From a virus (lineage: Duplodnaviria; Caudoviricetes), in IMG/VR virus record IMGVR_UViG_3300023110_000035, positions 1 through 62,417 of that record: a stretch of DNA of 62,417 nucleotides. One strand, given 5' to 3'. Under the pieces are notes generated by a model. That model ran no database searches. It was not told the origin of the DNA and saw only the letters and a program-made list of their open reading frames with translations. This document shows positions 40,501 through 49,100 of the stretch, in pieces (the first letter of the stretch is position 1; every line of letters starts with the position of its first letter). The position numbers and the translations under genes were made by a program.

Positions 40501-43500
40501 CTCCGATGATTCTACAAAAAATCCTCTATCAGGTGATACAGATGCACTTACACTACCACTTGCAATTCTAAATGCCTCTTCAGTAAGTGCTGATTGTGGA
40601 ATGTTAAATAAACCACTACCATCACCAGTTATAACACCATCTACATCTAATGAGTTAGTAACAAATACTGAACCTGTAAATTCTTGTCTATTATCTAAAT
40701 TATTTCCAAATGTGTTTGAACCAGAAGATGTAATTACAACTGAATCTATAAATGTTACATTTAACTCTCTAGCATTTATAGCTCCACTTACATATAAATC
40801 ATTATCAATTGTTAAATCACCTTCAATAGAACCAGAAGTATTTACTACAAATCCAAAATTAGGTGAAATAGATGCTGTTACAGAACCACTAGCAATTCTT
40901 GGAGAATCTTCTGCTAATGCTGATTGAGGAATATTAAATAATCCAGCACCATCACCTTTAAAAATACCATCATTTATTTGAACATTTCCACTTACGAAAA
41001 GTGAACCAGTAAATAACGAACCACTATCTAATGATTCTACTACAAATCCTCTATCTGGGTCAGTTGATGCAGTTACAGAACCACTACCGATTCTTGGTGC
41101 ATCTCCACTAAGAGATGTAAATGGTATATTATTAAGTTGTGAACCATCACCAGCAAATGAACCAGAAAATGAACCAGTAAATTCTTCTGAAGTGATAATC
41201 GTAGCATCTAACTCATCTACATTAATCTTACTAGCAGTTAAATCATTTGAAATTACTACAGAACCAGTTATATCAATACTACTTGTAAATTGAGAACCAC
41301 TACCAGCATTTACGATAAAGAACTCTCCACTTTCAACCGATGCCGTAGCAGAACCACTAGCAATTATAGGAGATTCTTCAGCTTGTACATTTGTTAATTG
41401 AGAACCATCACCAATGAAAAATTTAGAAGTAATTGATTCTGAAACAAATACAGAACCACTAAATTCTGATTTAGTAGTTCCAGTAGAATCTTCTACTCTA
41501 AATATGTTACTACCAGATTCAGGCGGTACTACTATCACCGATGCAGTAATAGAACCACTTGTAATATTATTTGTAAGTAATGCATCTTCAGTTAATGCTG
41601 AACGAGGGATATCAAATAAATCCCTACCACTACCACTAAATGCACCACTAACTTCATTACCAATAAATCTATCAGCTGTTACATCATCAGCAACTTCGAC
41701 ATCTTTAGCAAATACCGTAGTTGATGCTGAAATACTAGCATCAAATGTTGCAGGTACATTTACTTGTAATCCTAAGTTTGGAGAAACCGATGCCGTTGCT
41801 GAACCAGATGCGATTCTTGGTGAATCACCAGAAAGTTGTGCAGCTGGAATATTAAATAATCCACTACCATCACCTTGGAAAAGTGATGCGGTTATTGAAG
41901 ATGATATAAATACTGAACCACTAATTCTTGTACTATCACCTAATTCAATAAGTGATACTTCAGCTTCACCTGGAGTTTGTTCTGCTTTTACAAATAATCC
42001 ACCAGTAATTGTTGTGAATGTATTTACATTCATTCCACCATCTGGATTAAGAGAAGCAGTAATTGAACCAGTTGCTATTAAATTTGATAATAATGCATCT
42101 GGTGCTAATGCTGAACGAGGAATATCAAATAAACCTTCACCACTACCACTAAACATAGATGCGGATAAACTACCACTTACTCCAAGAGAACCACTTAATT
42201 CAGTTCGTATTTCTTTTCTAGTTGTATCTTCTACTCTAAAAATACTTGGTTCATCTGAACCTGATTTGTATAATAATGAAGCCGATACTGAACCACTAGC
42301 AATTCTAAATGCTTCTTCTGATAATGCGTTTAATGGTATATTGAATAATCTACTACCATCACCTTCAAATGATGAACTTATAATTCCACTTGCGGTTACA
42401 TTACCAACAATCTCAGTTTCACCAATTAATGTTTGTTTATCTTCAGCTGAATCACCAAATATATTTGAACCAGATGAATAAACAATCGATGATGAAATAA
42501 AGTTTGTATATAATTCGTTTGTTGTAATTCTACCCGTTACAACCAAATCACTATCTATTCTAACATCTTGCTCAAATAATGAAGATGTATTAACTACAAA
42601 TCCTAAGTTTGGAGAAACGGATGCAGTTGCTGAACCACTTGCAATTCTAAATGCTTCTTCAGTTAATGCTGATTGTGGAATATCAAATAATCCAGCACCA
42701 CTACCACTAAACATGGATGCTGATACTGGGAATTCAAATGTTGAGAATGTATTAACTACAAATCCTTCATTTGGTGAGATTGATGCGGTTGCTGAACCAC
42801 TACTAATTTTGTTAATATCAAATGCTAAAGCTGATTCCGGTATATCCGTTAGCCCAGCACCACTACCACTAAATACCGATGCAGAAACTCCACTTTCTAC
42901 AAACACCGAAGAACTAAATTCTGCTCTATTAGTACCTTCTAATCTAAATCCAAATACTGGGGATACTGATGCCGTTACCGAACCACTAGCTATGAATGAT
43001 GAAAGTAATGCATCTTCAGTTAATGCACTTCTTGGAATATCAAATAAATCTCTACCACTACCACTAAATACCGAACCTGATGATAGTTTTACATCACCGA
43101 AGAATGTTGAACCACTTTCTATCGAAGTTACTACAAATCCATCTTCTGGGTTTGTAGATGCGGTAATTGAACCACTAAATATTAATGAAGTATCTAAATC
43201 TACAATAGCAGCTACTGGAATATCAAATAGTTTAGCACCACTACCACTATAAGATGAACCACTTTCTACTCTAACTTCTCCAAAGAATGTTGAACCACTA
43301 TCAATTGAAGTTACAACAAATCCATCTTCTGCATCAACCGATGCGGTTACTGAACCAGAAGTAATCTTACTTATTTCAAAAGAAAGTGCTGATTCTGGAA
43401 TATCAAATAAGTTAGCACCACTACCACTAAATGAACCACTAAATTCCCTTGCTTCAATTGATTCGGATACAAATAACGAAGAACTAAATTCTGCCCTATC

Positions 43501-45246
43501 CGCTCCAAAGAATTTAAACCCACCATCTGGGTCAACTGATGCTGTTGCTGAACCACTAGCAATTCTTGGTGAATCACCAGCTAAGTTTGAAATTGGAATA
43601 TTAAATAAACCACTACCATCACCAGTGAATATCCCATCTTCTAATGTAACTCCACCACTTACAAATAAAGAACCTGTAAATTGTGAACCACTTTCTAATG
43701 ATTCTACTTTGAATCCAGTATCAGGCGATACGGATGCAGATACAGAACCACTCTCTAAAGATGTTGCAATTAATGTTTCAGTTGCTAATGCCGATAATGG
43801 AATATCGAATAAGTTAGCACCACTACCAGAATAAGATTCACCTTCTGCTAAAGTTATACTACCACTAATTTTAACTGAACCAGTTATTTGTGAACCACTT
43901 TCTAATGATTCTACTTTAAAACCAATATTTGGGTCAACAGATGCAGTTACAGAACCTGAAGTAATCCTACTTGTTTCTTGTGCATCTTCGGTAAGAGCTG
44001 AACGAGGTATATCAAATAACCCAGCACCACTACCAGAATAAATTCCACCTTCTGCTAAAGTTACACTACCACTAATTTTAAGAGAACCAGTGAACTGTGA
44101 ACCACTTTCTAATGATTCTACTTTGAATCCAGTATCAGGTGAAACTGATGCTGTTACCGAACCGCTCTCTAATGAAGTTGCTATTAATGTTTCAGTTGCT
44201 AAAGCTGATAGAGGGATATTAAATAAATCCGCACCACTACCAGAATAAGTTGCTCCCTCTGCTAAGGTTATACTACCACTAACTTTGATAGAACCAGTTA
44301 TTTGTGAACCACTATCTTCAGATACAACAACAAATCCGAAATCAGGTGAAACCGATGCGGTTACTGAACCTGATGTAATTTGGTTGGTAACCAATGCATC
44401 TTCTGTAAGTGCTGAACGAGGGATATCGAATAACCCAGCACCACTACCACTAAATACCGAAGCGGATACTCCATTCTCTACAAATATAGATGATGAAAAT
44501 TCTGCTTTATTAGCACCTTCCAATCTGAATCCGAAATCAGGTGAAACCGATGCGGTTACAGAACCAGAAGTGATTCTGCTTGATACTTGTGCATCTTCAG
44601 TTAGTGCTGAACGAGGGATATTACTTAATCCCTCACCACTACCACTAAAGAATCCTGCACTATCAAATGGTATTTCAACAACACCTTCGGTTGTTAGGGA
44701 ACCAGTTATCTCAACTGAACCTGTAAATTCTTGTCTATCGGTTAGCTCATCACCGAATTTGTTTGAACCAGATGAGAAAAATATAGATGATGAAATAAAT
44801 TCAACTAAAATTTCTCTTGCTATAATTTTATTATCAACAACTAAATCACCAGTAAATCTACCATTACCATCAACAGTCAATCCACCATCAAAAGAACCAG
44901 ATGTATTAACTAAGAATCCAGTTTGTGGGGAAATTGATGCTGATGCTGAACCTGATATTAATCTACTAGCATCTTCTACTAAAGGTAAATTTGTTAGTTG
45001 TGAACCATCACCTTGAAATGAACCACTAAATGAACCACTAAACTCTTCTAATTGAATTTTAGTAACAAATAATCTATTACCAGCATCATCAGAAGCTACT
45101 AAAGCAAAAGAACCAGAATCAATACTACCACTTTCAGGAATACCTAAATTTGGCTCGGCTTCTGAAAGAGATAGATACTCATACCTATCCAGAGATACGT
45201 CCTGCGGACGAGTTACTTTTACTTTACCACTTAGTAATTGACCCAT
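31513..45246 (-). CDS. Giant fibre/appendage protein (4577 aa)
   Basis: Dozens of FSGSGAGLFDIP..AL...I.SGSVTASVSP..GF.V repeats, three YxCxxHxxM domains and a long G-X-Y tract. Fibre-type C-terminal domain ITWP..VLW..G.APTLT...D.LVFYT.D.GTTYYG. Confidence 0.85.
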   Translation of the reverse strand: MGQLLSGKVKVTRPQDVSLDRYEYLSLSEAEPNLGIPESGSIDSGSFALVASDDAGNRLFVTKIQLEEFSGSFSGSFQGDGSQLTNLPLVEDASRLISGSASASISPQTGFLVNTSGSFDGGLTVDGNGRFTGDLVVDNKIIAREILVEFISSSIFFSSGSNKFGDELTDRQEFTGSVEITGSLTTEGVVEIPFDSAGFFSGSGEGLSNIPRSALTEDAQVSSRITSGSVTASVSPDFGFRLEGANKAEFSSSIFVENGVSASVFSGSGAGLFDIPRSALTEDALVTNQITSGSVTASVSPDFGFVVVSEDSGSQITGSIKVSGSITLAEGATYSGSGADLFNIPLSALATETLIATSLESGSVTASVSPDTGFKVESLESGSQFTGSLKISGSVTLAEGGIYSGSGAGLFDIPRSALTEDAQETSRITSGSVTASVDPNIGFKVESLESGSQITGSVKISGSITLAEGESYSGSGANLFDIPLSALATETLIATSLESGSVSASVSPDTGFKVESLESGSQFTGSLFVSGGVTLEDGIFTGDGSGLFNIPISNLAGDSPRIASGSATASVDPDGGFKFFGADRAEFSSSLFVSESIEAREFSGSFSGSGANLFDIPESALSFEISKITSGSVTASVDAEDGFVVTSIDSGSTFFGEVRVESGSSYSGSGAKLFDIPVAAIVDLDTSLIFSGSITASTNPEDGFVVTSIESGSTFFGDVKLSSGSVFSGSGRDLFDIPRSALTEDALLSSFIASGSVTASVSPVFGFRLEGTNRAEFSSSVFVESGVSASVFSGSGAGLTDIPESALAFDINKISSGSATASISPNEGFVVNTFSTFEFPVSASMFSGSGAGLFDIPQSALTEEAFRIASGSATASVSPNLGFVVNTSSLFEQDVRIDSDLVVTGRITTNELYTNFISSSIVYSSGSNIFGDSAEDKQTLIGETEIVGNVTASGIISSSFEGDGSRLFNIPLNALSEEAFRIASGSVSASLLYKSGSDEPSIFRVEDTTRKEIRTELSGSLGVSGSLSASMFSGSGEGLFDIPRSALAPDALLSNLIATGSITASLNPDGGMNVNTFTTITGGLFVKAEQTPGEAEVSLIELGDSTRISGSVFISSSITASLFQGDGSGLFNIPAAQLSGDSPRIASGSATASVSPNLGLQVNVPATFDASISASTTVFAKDVEVADDVTADRFIGNEVSGAFSGSGRDLFDIPRSALTEDALLTNNITSGSITASVIVVPPESGSNIFRVEDSTGTTKSEFSGSVFVSESITSKFFIGDGSQLTNVQAEESPIIASGSATASVESGEFFIVNAGSGSQFTSSIDITGSVVISNDLTASKINVDELDATIITSEEFTGSFSGSFAGDGSQLNNIPFTSLSGDAPRIGSGSVTASTDPDRGFVVESLDSGSLFTGSLFVSGNVQINDGIFKGDGAGLFNIPQSALAEDSPRIASGSVTASISPNFGFVVNTSGSIEGDLTIDNDLYVSGAINARELNVTFIDSVVITSSGSNTFGNNLDNRQEFTGSVFVTNSLDVDGVITGDGSGLFNIPQSALTEEAFRIASGSVSASVSPDRGFFVESSESGSELTGSVRISGSLDVNEGFKVGTDITASEGTVSASFFVGDGSQLTNLPAAEFAEEAKRIASGSATASISPNLGFVVNTTTNLEDDVRITGSFIVSSSNGFVDTGSLNTSFTITNDGANSYRFSGVDGDNPTITIVRGLTYTFNVNAPAHPFYIKTQNSDGTGFEYSGSVITNNGVDNDTITWVVSGSAPDTLYYNCENHLAMGGEFNIVDEIPLYGQIDLIGDTEVVGNLNITGSTFVTGNLDVSNTITANEISASKFLGDFSGSFSGSGRDLFNIPLSALAEDVLPRSFIASGSVTASVSPNKGFEVNSIAAITGGLFIDGETQASGAFLVSASYEPFVDDTTLVVEVQSADGGNKYFIDDEQQPKLEFLVGSTYTIWQSGSSNDTHDLRFSTTLDGTHNGGSVYTGSVDTGSIAAGNSGSRVIIDVTSDTPTTLYYYCINHTGMGGIAKVYSEEPSNANIVFDGRTDLKDNVRVEADLKVTQTITTLDANVTNDLNVTDTTTTEKLVANHITASSITASYLDFINFDEDNPSIPGRLKWNETDGTLDLGMKGGLATQQIGQELYYPPVINKDGGDLLNGTLVMIDPTQPAQGNRLRVVKAETSGSYAENYLVGIITETIPNNNEGFATWFGYVRDINTTTLQNANLKDSSQTWSEGDILYGDPLRPGGLTNVTPVAPNLKSTIAAVTAVNGVNVTLLVRPHLGDHLYDLHDVEITTNDAILVDSGSIKSNDGDLLVWQSGSQRWENTREDLELSGSFSGSFQGDGSQLTNISLANLSFDVNRLVTGSVTASVTNDGFFRVESTSSVTTELSGSLKVSESIDFGGVITGDGSGLTNISLANLAFDVNQIVTGSVTASTKEDGRFIVEDTAGGVKSEFSGSVEISQSLNVGGVISGDGSGLTNISIANLAFDADRIATGSVTASVDESGLFQLSSTGSVKSEFSGSVFISESISASFFEGDGGGLFNIPAEALQDLELDKIVSGSGEAVIDPNKLLVNVPLTASRFDGDGSGLFNIPAESLTDLELSLITSGSTFAQVSDNKGFVVFAPESGSQLTGSLFVSGAISLISGSSFSGSGRDLFDIPADAIFDLDQTRITSGSVTASVSPVQGFVVNTSASIEGDLTVENNIITTDITASIFRGGLFSGSFEGPYRGEGDAEDRDILIFDEDANKFVPVPESTPTTTEPFSNVTEVTIVHNFDVAYPIVQVYETGSNGMIIPLAIESIDNNTVKVKFSGLTSGQIVVGSGGSKISGAISGDNVIGTVDSASYAIFAETAGTASSVAGLDSASLAALQDLENFVRNEQTASMTVLSSSFAITASYAENAEVSVDLSEYIQNSQTSSMSVATSSFSHFAVTASYALNAGAGGGGTDLYIFETGSVVNGLVGNMNFTGSGVSVTPSGSDGVLVEVLSNSTGDGFPFDGKAELSGSLNVTGSLFVTGSVFLELETGTSNDLVIYNTSNKKLQTKSIAEVAGTSGTTGTAGTSGTAGTTGSSGTTGSSGTSGIDGTSGTSGTDGTSGSSGTTGSAGTTGSAGTSGSSGTSGSDGTSGSSGTSGSSGSSGTSGTTGSSGTTGSEGTSGSSGSSGSSGSSGTSGSTGTAGTSGTSGTSGSSGSSGTSGIEGGGMFIVTSNGFIYNFNGISGDFPTITVVRGELFYFDVSNVSGTHPFALRLTDGDTDAVPGTTNNDPTNGVSNTSTLIKYRVPENAPDSIVYQCAVHGSMIGTINIVDKNGSAGTSGTSATSGTSGTSGTSGTSGTDGSTGSAGTSGTSGTTGSSGTTGSFGTSGSSGNTGTSGTSGTDGSTGSAGSTGTAGSSGTTGSTGTSGSSGSSGTSGTSGTDGSTGTGGTSGTSGSAGTSGTTGTSGSSGTSGSAGTSGSSGSSGSTGSSGTTGSTGTSGSSGTSGSSGSSGSSGSSGSSGSTGSAGTSGIGTDGTSGSSGTNGTSGSSGTSSTSGTSGSSGSTGSSGTTGSDGTSGTSGTDGTSGSSGSSSTSGTSGTSGTSGTSGTSGSSGTSGTSGSDGSTGSAGSAGSSGTSGSSGSSGAQGTSGSAGTSGSSGTSGEQGSSGSAGSSGSSGSSGTTGSAGTTGSFGTSGTSGSSGSDGTSGTSGLDGTAGTSGSSGSSGTTGSSGSSGTSGSDGTSGTSGSDGTSGTSGTSGSTGSAGTSGTSGESGSSGTSGTDGSSGTSGSDGTSGSAGTSGSTGSSGTSGSSGTSGSAGTSGTDGTSGSAGTSGSSGTSAEGSSGTSGTSGTSGSSGTSATSGTAGSSGTSAEGTSGSAGTSGTNGTSGSSGTSGSSGSAGSSGTSAEGSSGTSGTNGTSGSSGSSGIDGATGSSGSGGSSGTSGSSGTSGLDGTFFGSSGTAGSSGTSGAGTDGSAGTSGSSGTSGLDGTFFGSSGTTGTAGSGGSSGTAGTSGAGTDGSAGTSGSSGTTGSSGTSAEGTSGSSGTSGAGTSGSGGTSGTDGSSGTNGTSGTSGLDGTFFGSSGTAGSSGTSGAGTSGSSGADGVDGTSGSSGVDGTFFGSSGTTGTSGSSGITGTSGTSGLGSSGTSGLDGTFFGSSGTAGTSGAGTSGTSGTTGTSGSSGLDGTNFGSAGTSGSSGTTGTSGSAGTSGQSGTSGSSGLDGTFFGSSGTSGTTGTSGTSGAGTSGIDGTSGSSGIDGTNFGSDGTSGSSGEAGTSGTSGAGTSGTSGLGTDGTSGTSAEGSSGTSGRDGTVGTSGSSGQTGTSGTSGLDGTLFGSSGTAGSSGTTGTDGSSGTSGSSGTSGLDGTFFGSSGVDGTSGTTGTGGTSGISGSHGTSGLGSNGSAGTSGTSAEGSSGTSGTSGVDATGTAGSSGTSGFGTSGTSGLLVLQGATNNGVITLNGSAPNATVESNLIFDGLTLESTQISGSGFITAKTFQEQYYDAGSGASVTLDLEDANNFEYEVTNNATFTFDNPPGAPKAFGFTLVLENGGAHTITWPTGVLWANGNAPTLTTSGKDILVFYTYDTGTTYYGFLSAANMS
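31980..36080 (-). repeat. Gly-X-Y Ser/Thr-rich coding repeat (about 1250 codons), interrupted by one globular domain at about 35310-35630
   Basis: Translation GTSGSSGTTGSAGTSG... with Gly at nearly every third residue. Confidence 0.9.
37100..45050 (-). repeat. Array of ~60-80-aa SGS/TAS fibre repeats
   Basis: Recurrent F[SQE]G[SD]GxxL[FT][DN]I[PS]...SGS[VA]TAS units. Near-identical DNA copies occur around 43680-44360. Confidence 0.85.
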
Positions 45247-45260
45247 TTACAACTCTTATT

Positions 45261-46124
45261 TTATTCGTTAGCAGTTTCTAATATAGATAAAACCACAGTT
45301 AAATCAGTAGAACCAGAAAAAACTAGTCCATAATCCTCTTCTAATACTAATTTACCAGCTACAACAGGTGAAAATGAATCTCCTTGAGGTATTGGGAAGT
45401 TTGTTACAAACTCTACTGGAGTTTGTATGGCTGTTACCGGGTCCTCAATTGTGTCTGATATTACATTAAATAGTTGATTTATGATATTTGATGAACCACT
45501 TTCTGCAATTAAATTAGTGTTTATTGATTGTGTTACGCTAGATTGATATAATCTATCCACATCATTGGAACCTGTTACTGATTCATTTAAAATAATTTGG
45601 TTAGCAAGTGTCTTTGTGTACTTTACCGCATCTATTGATGCTGTTATTTGACCTTCTGGAATTAATAAAACCCCATCCTTATCGTAGAAAGATAATGCCG
45701 CTTTATTAGTTCTAATAGTACTACCACTATTAATCATATCAAAAGTTACAGCGTTTATAGAAGTTTCTGCATAACCTTCAAATCTTGATGATGAAAATCC
45801 AAATGGAATTTCTTGAAGATTATTATTAAATCTAGTATAAGCCGCTACTTCTTTTTCAATGAAAGTTTTATTCTCAGTTATCAATGCTGATGATGAGAAG
45901 AAACTACCTGAATTATTGATACCGCTTACTTGTGGAATTGGTAGAATCCTATTAGGTGCTAATTTGATTACAACCTCTTCGGTTTGTGTACCATTATTAG
46001 TAATTTGTGCCGATAATACAATGGTAGAAACACCAGTCGGTGCCTTATACACCTGGTCTTCTTCACCAGTCAAAGTTGCAACTACCGATTTAAATGCGTT
46101 TAATGGAATTAGTTCATCTGCCAT
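45261..46124 (-). CDS. Adaptor-like virion protein (287 aa) with an inserted helical domain
   Basis: Termini align with 29435..29767. The central ~170 aa resembles a Cys-less copy of the CxRD repeat of 46167..60254. Confidence 0.65.
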   Translation of the reverse strand: MADELIPLNAFKSVVATLTGEEDQVYKAPTGVSTIVLSAQITNNGTQTEEVVIKLAPNRILPIPQVSGINNSGSFFSSSALITENKTFIEKEVAAYTRFNNNLQEIPFGFSSSRFEGYAETSINAVTFDMINSGSTIRTNKAALSFYDKDGVLLIPEGQITASIDAVKYTKTLANQIILNESVTGSNDVDRLYQSSVTQSINTNLIAESGSSNIINQLFNVISDTIEDPVTAIQTPVEFVTNFPIPQGDSFSPVVAGKLVLEEDYGLVFSGSTDLTVVLSILETANE

Positions 46125-46143
46125 ATTTTTTCACTTTATCTTA

Positions 46144-46152
46144 TATAAATAT
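46144..46152 (-). promoter_or_regulatory. Candidate late promoter motif ATATTTATA
   Basis: Exact copy 19 nt upstream of the 46124 start. Confidence 0.55.
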
Positions 46153-46166
46153 TACTATTTAATTTA

Positions 46167-49100
46167 TTAACCTTCCAGAGCTAGAGAGAATGGTGTAACT
46201 AATGAGAATAATGAACGGGAGAATGTTCTACCCTGCAATGTACCAGTTGCCTGATTAATTACAAGTCCCGTACCAATCTTAAAGTCACCGAGTTCGTTAC
46301 CGGCGGTAAAGAATACTCTACCCCCACCCAATTCAACAATTTCTTTATCTGGGTCTGGTACACCATTACCACCTTGATTAGGAGGTAATGCTTTATATGT
46401 TACACCAGAACCAGCATATGAGAAATCATGTCCAGTAGTAATAATTAGTGAACCAAATAATTCCAATGGTGCATTTCTAGCAACTTTTTGGAATAATGTT
46501 CTTAAATATCTATTTGTTTCTGCCGTTTCTTTCTTTTGTTCTTCGATTACTACACTAGCATCACCATAAACACCTGTATAGTATGATTTAGCAGCTTCAA
46601 TACTTCGTTCATTACCACCATACAATAAATCAGTTGAAATAGCATCTAATATAAATCCAGTATCTCTATAACATTTTTCTTCGTTATATTCAAATCCTGG
46701 GAATGCCGCTTCAGTATATGAAATTGCTGATGATTGTAAAAACTTTTTGGCTGCTCTTAAATCAGCGTAACCATTTCTTCTATTCAAACCAGCAAATGTT
46801 AATTGTTCTTGCTTAATAACCTTTTCAGCTATTCCTTTAGCAAAATCAATACCATCAATGGTTTGTGGTTTTTGTTCGGTAATTGCTACCGATGGAATAT
46901 AGTAATAGAATGTAGCCGCCTGAATACTTCTCTCATTACCACCATATACCAAGTCGGTTCTTACTGCATCTATAATGTATCCCAAATCTCTACTACAACT
47001 TACTTCATTATATGGGAATTCACTCCAAGATGAAGATAAGAATGCAATAGTTTCTTTTTGAATAAATGTTTTGTTATCAACTAATAAATTAGCAGCAACT
47101 AATGTAGAACCTGATGGTGAATTCCACTCAACATTTTGTATTACATTTTGAGCCAATCCACTAGCATATTTTATACCTGTTGTTGTTGGGTCTAATTGAG
47201 CAACTTCAGATGGAGTTCCTCTTTCAGTTGCGGATGATGGATATAAGAAATAATAGTTACCAGCAATAACACTTCTTTCATTACCGCCATATAATAAATC
47301 AGTTGCAGCTGCATCTATAATGTATCCCGTATCTCTTCTACACTTATCTTCATTATAATAAACACCACTCCAAGATGAAGATACATATTGAATTGTTTCT
47401 TCTTGTATAAATGGTTTATTTTTTCTTAATAAATCAAATGATGCAGATACTTCGGCTGATGCTGTTACAAATTGTATATTTTGTAATAATGCTTCTGAAA
47501 TTCTTCCAGCATATTTTATACCATCAGTTGTTTGGTTTGCTTGAATTGTTGTTGCTTCAGATGGATATAGGTAATAGAATTCACCCGCTACTTTACTTCT
47601 CTCATTACCACCATATAAGAAATCAGTTGCAACTGCATCTACGATATGACCCACATCTCTAGCACATTTATCTTTATCATATTCAAATGTACTCCAACTA
47701 GCAGTTAAATATGCTAATGATTCTGATTGGATAAATGTTCTATTGTTTAATAGAGATTCATTACCAGCAATTCTTTCTGCTGATGGTGATTCAAATACAT
47801 TGTTTACAATTATATTTTCAGCAATATCACCAGCGTAGTTGATACCAGTTGTAGTTGGGTTAAGTTGTGTTGTTGTTGCAGATGATGGGTATTTGTAATA
47901 GTAATTACCAGCAATAACACTTCTTTCATTACCACCATATAATATATCAGTAGCAATAGCATTTATAATATGTCCAATATCTCTTTTACAAGTTTCTTGA
48001 TTGTAATCAAAATCACTCCAAGAAGATGATAAATAAGCAATTGATTCATCCTTAATGAAATCTTTGTTACTTCTTAACAATTCCCAAGAAGAAGATACCT
48101 CAGTTGTTGGTTCGACAAATTCAATGTTTTGAATTAATTTCTGAGTTATTCTACTAGCATAGAATAAACCATCTAATGTTTGTTCAACTTGAGAACCAGT
48201 TCCATTAGCTTCAGATGGGAATTCGTTGTAGAATTTACCATTTACAATAGATGCTGAATTTGAATTCCAAATTAAATCTTCAGCCGCACCAGAGATAATT
48301 AATCCAGTATCTCTTCTACACTTTTCTTCGTTATAATCAAAATCTGCCCACGAAGAAGATAGGTAAGCGATAGTTTCATCTTTAATAAAATCTAAGTTAT
48401 TTCTTATAATTTGATAAGCAGCTATTGTATTAGCATCAGTTGATGGTGTTGTATAATTACCAGCAGTTTCATATGAACCAGTTCCATCTACTACAATTGT
48501 AGTTACGATATCAATAGATGATGATATGAAATCTACATCTGATTGATTAGCTGATATTGAGCCAGTGTATTGAGTACCACCCATTACCTTAATGTTATTA
48601 TCAACATTTAAACTAGCTGATGGGATTGGTAAAGTATTCTTATCAATCAATTCACTTACTAACTTAGATGCGTAAATTACTGCATCAGTAGTTTCACCCA
48701 ATTGTGAAGTTGTTGCTTTAGATGGGAATTTATAGTAGTATTGCCCAGCTACTATTGAACGTTGGTTACCACCCCATCTTAAATCAGTTGCAACTGCATC
48801 TACGATGAATCCGGTATCTCTACTACAACTTACTTCGTTGTATTGTAAGTTTGGATATTTAGCGTTTACAAATGCTACAGTTTCCGCTTGAATGAATTCT
48901 CTATTTTCTCTAATTGAATCATAAACAAATTCAACTTCGTTTGATGTGGTTTGGAATGTAGAACCACTAACCAATTCTAATGCTAATGATTTAGCGTAAT
49001 TGATACCAGTTACCGTTGGGTCTTTTTGTTGGTCTACATTTGGTACACCACCTACAATTGCCGCTGATGGATATTTGTAATAGTAATCACCCGCAATAAC

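Noticed and set aside
32283-45016. Many plus-strand and alternate-frame ORFs inside the 4577-aa gene
   Set aside because: Same shadow effect from repetitive Gly/Ser codons; all are fully nested in a long coherent gene.
2201-46152. TATAAATA as T4-type late promoters driving plus-strand genes
   Set aside because: No credible plus-strand genes follow them; their spacing is instead consistent relative to minus-strand starts.
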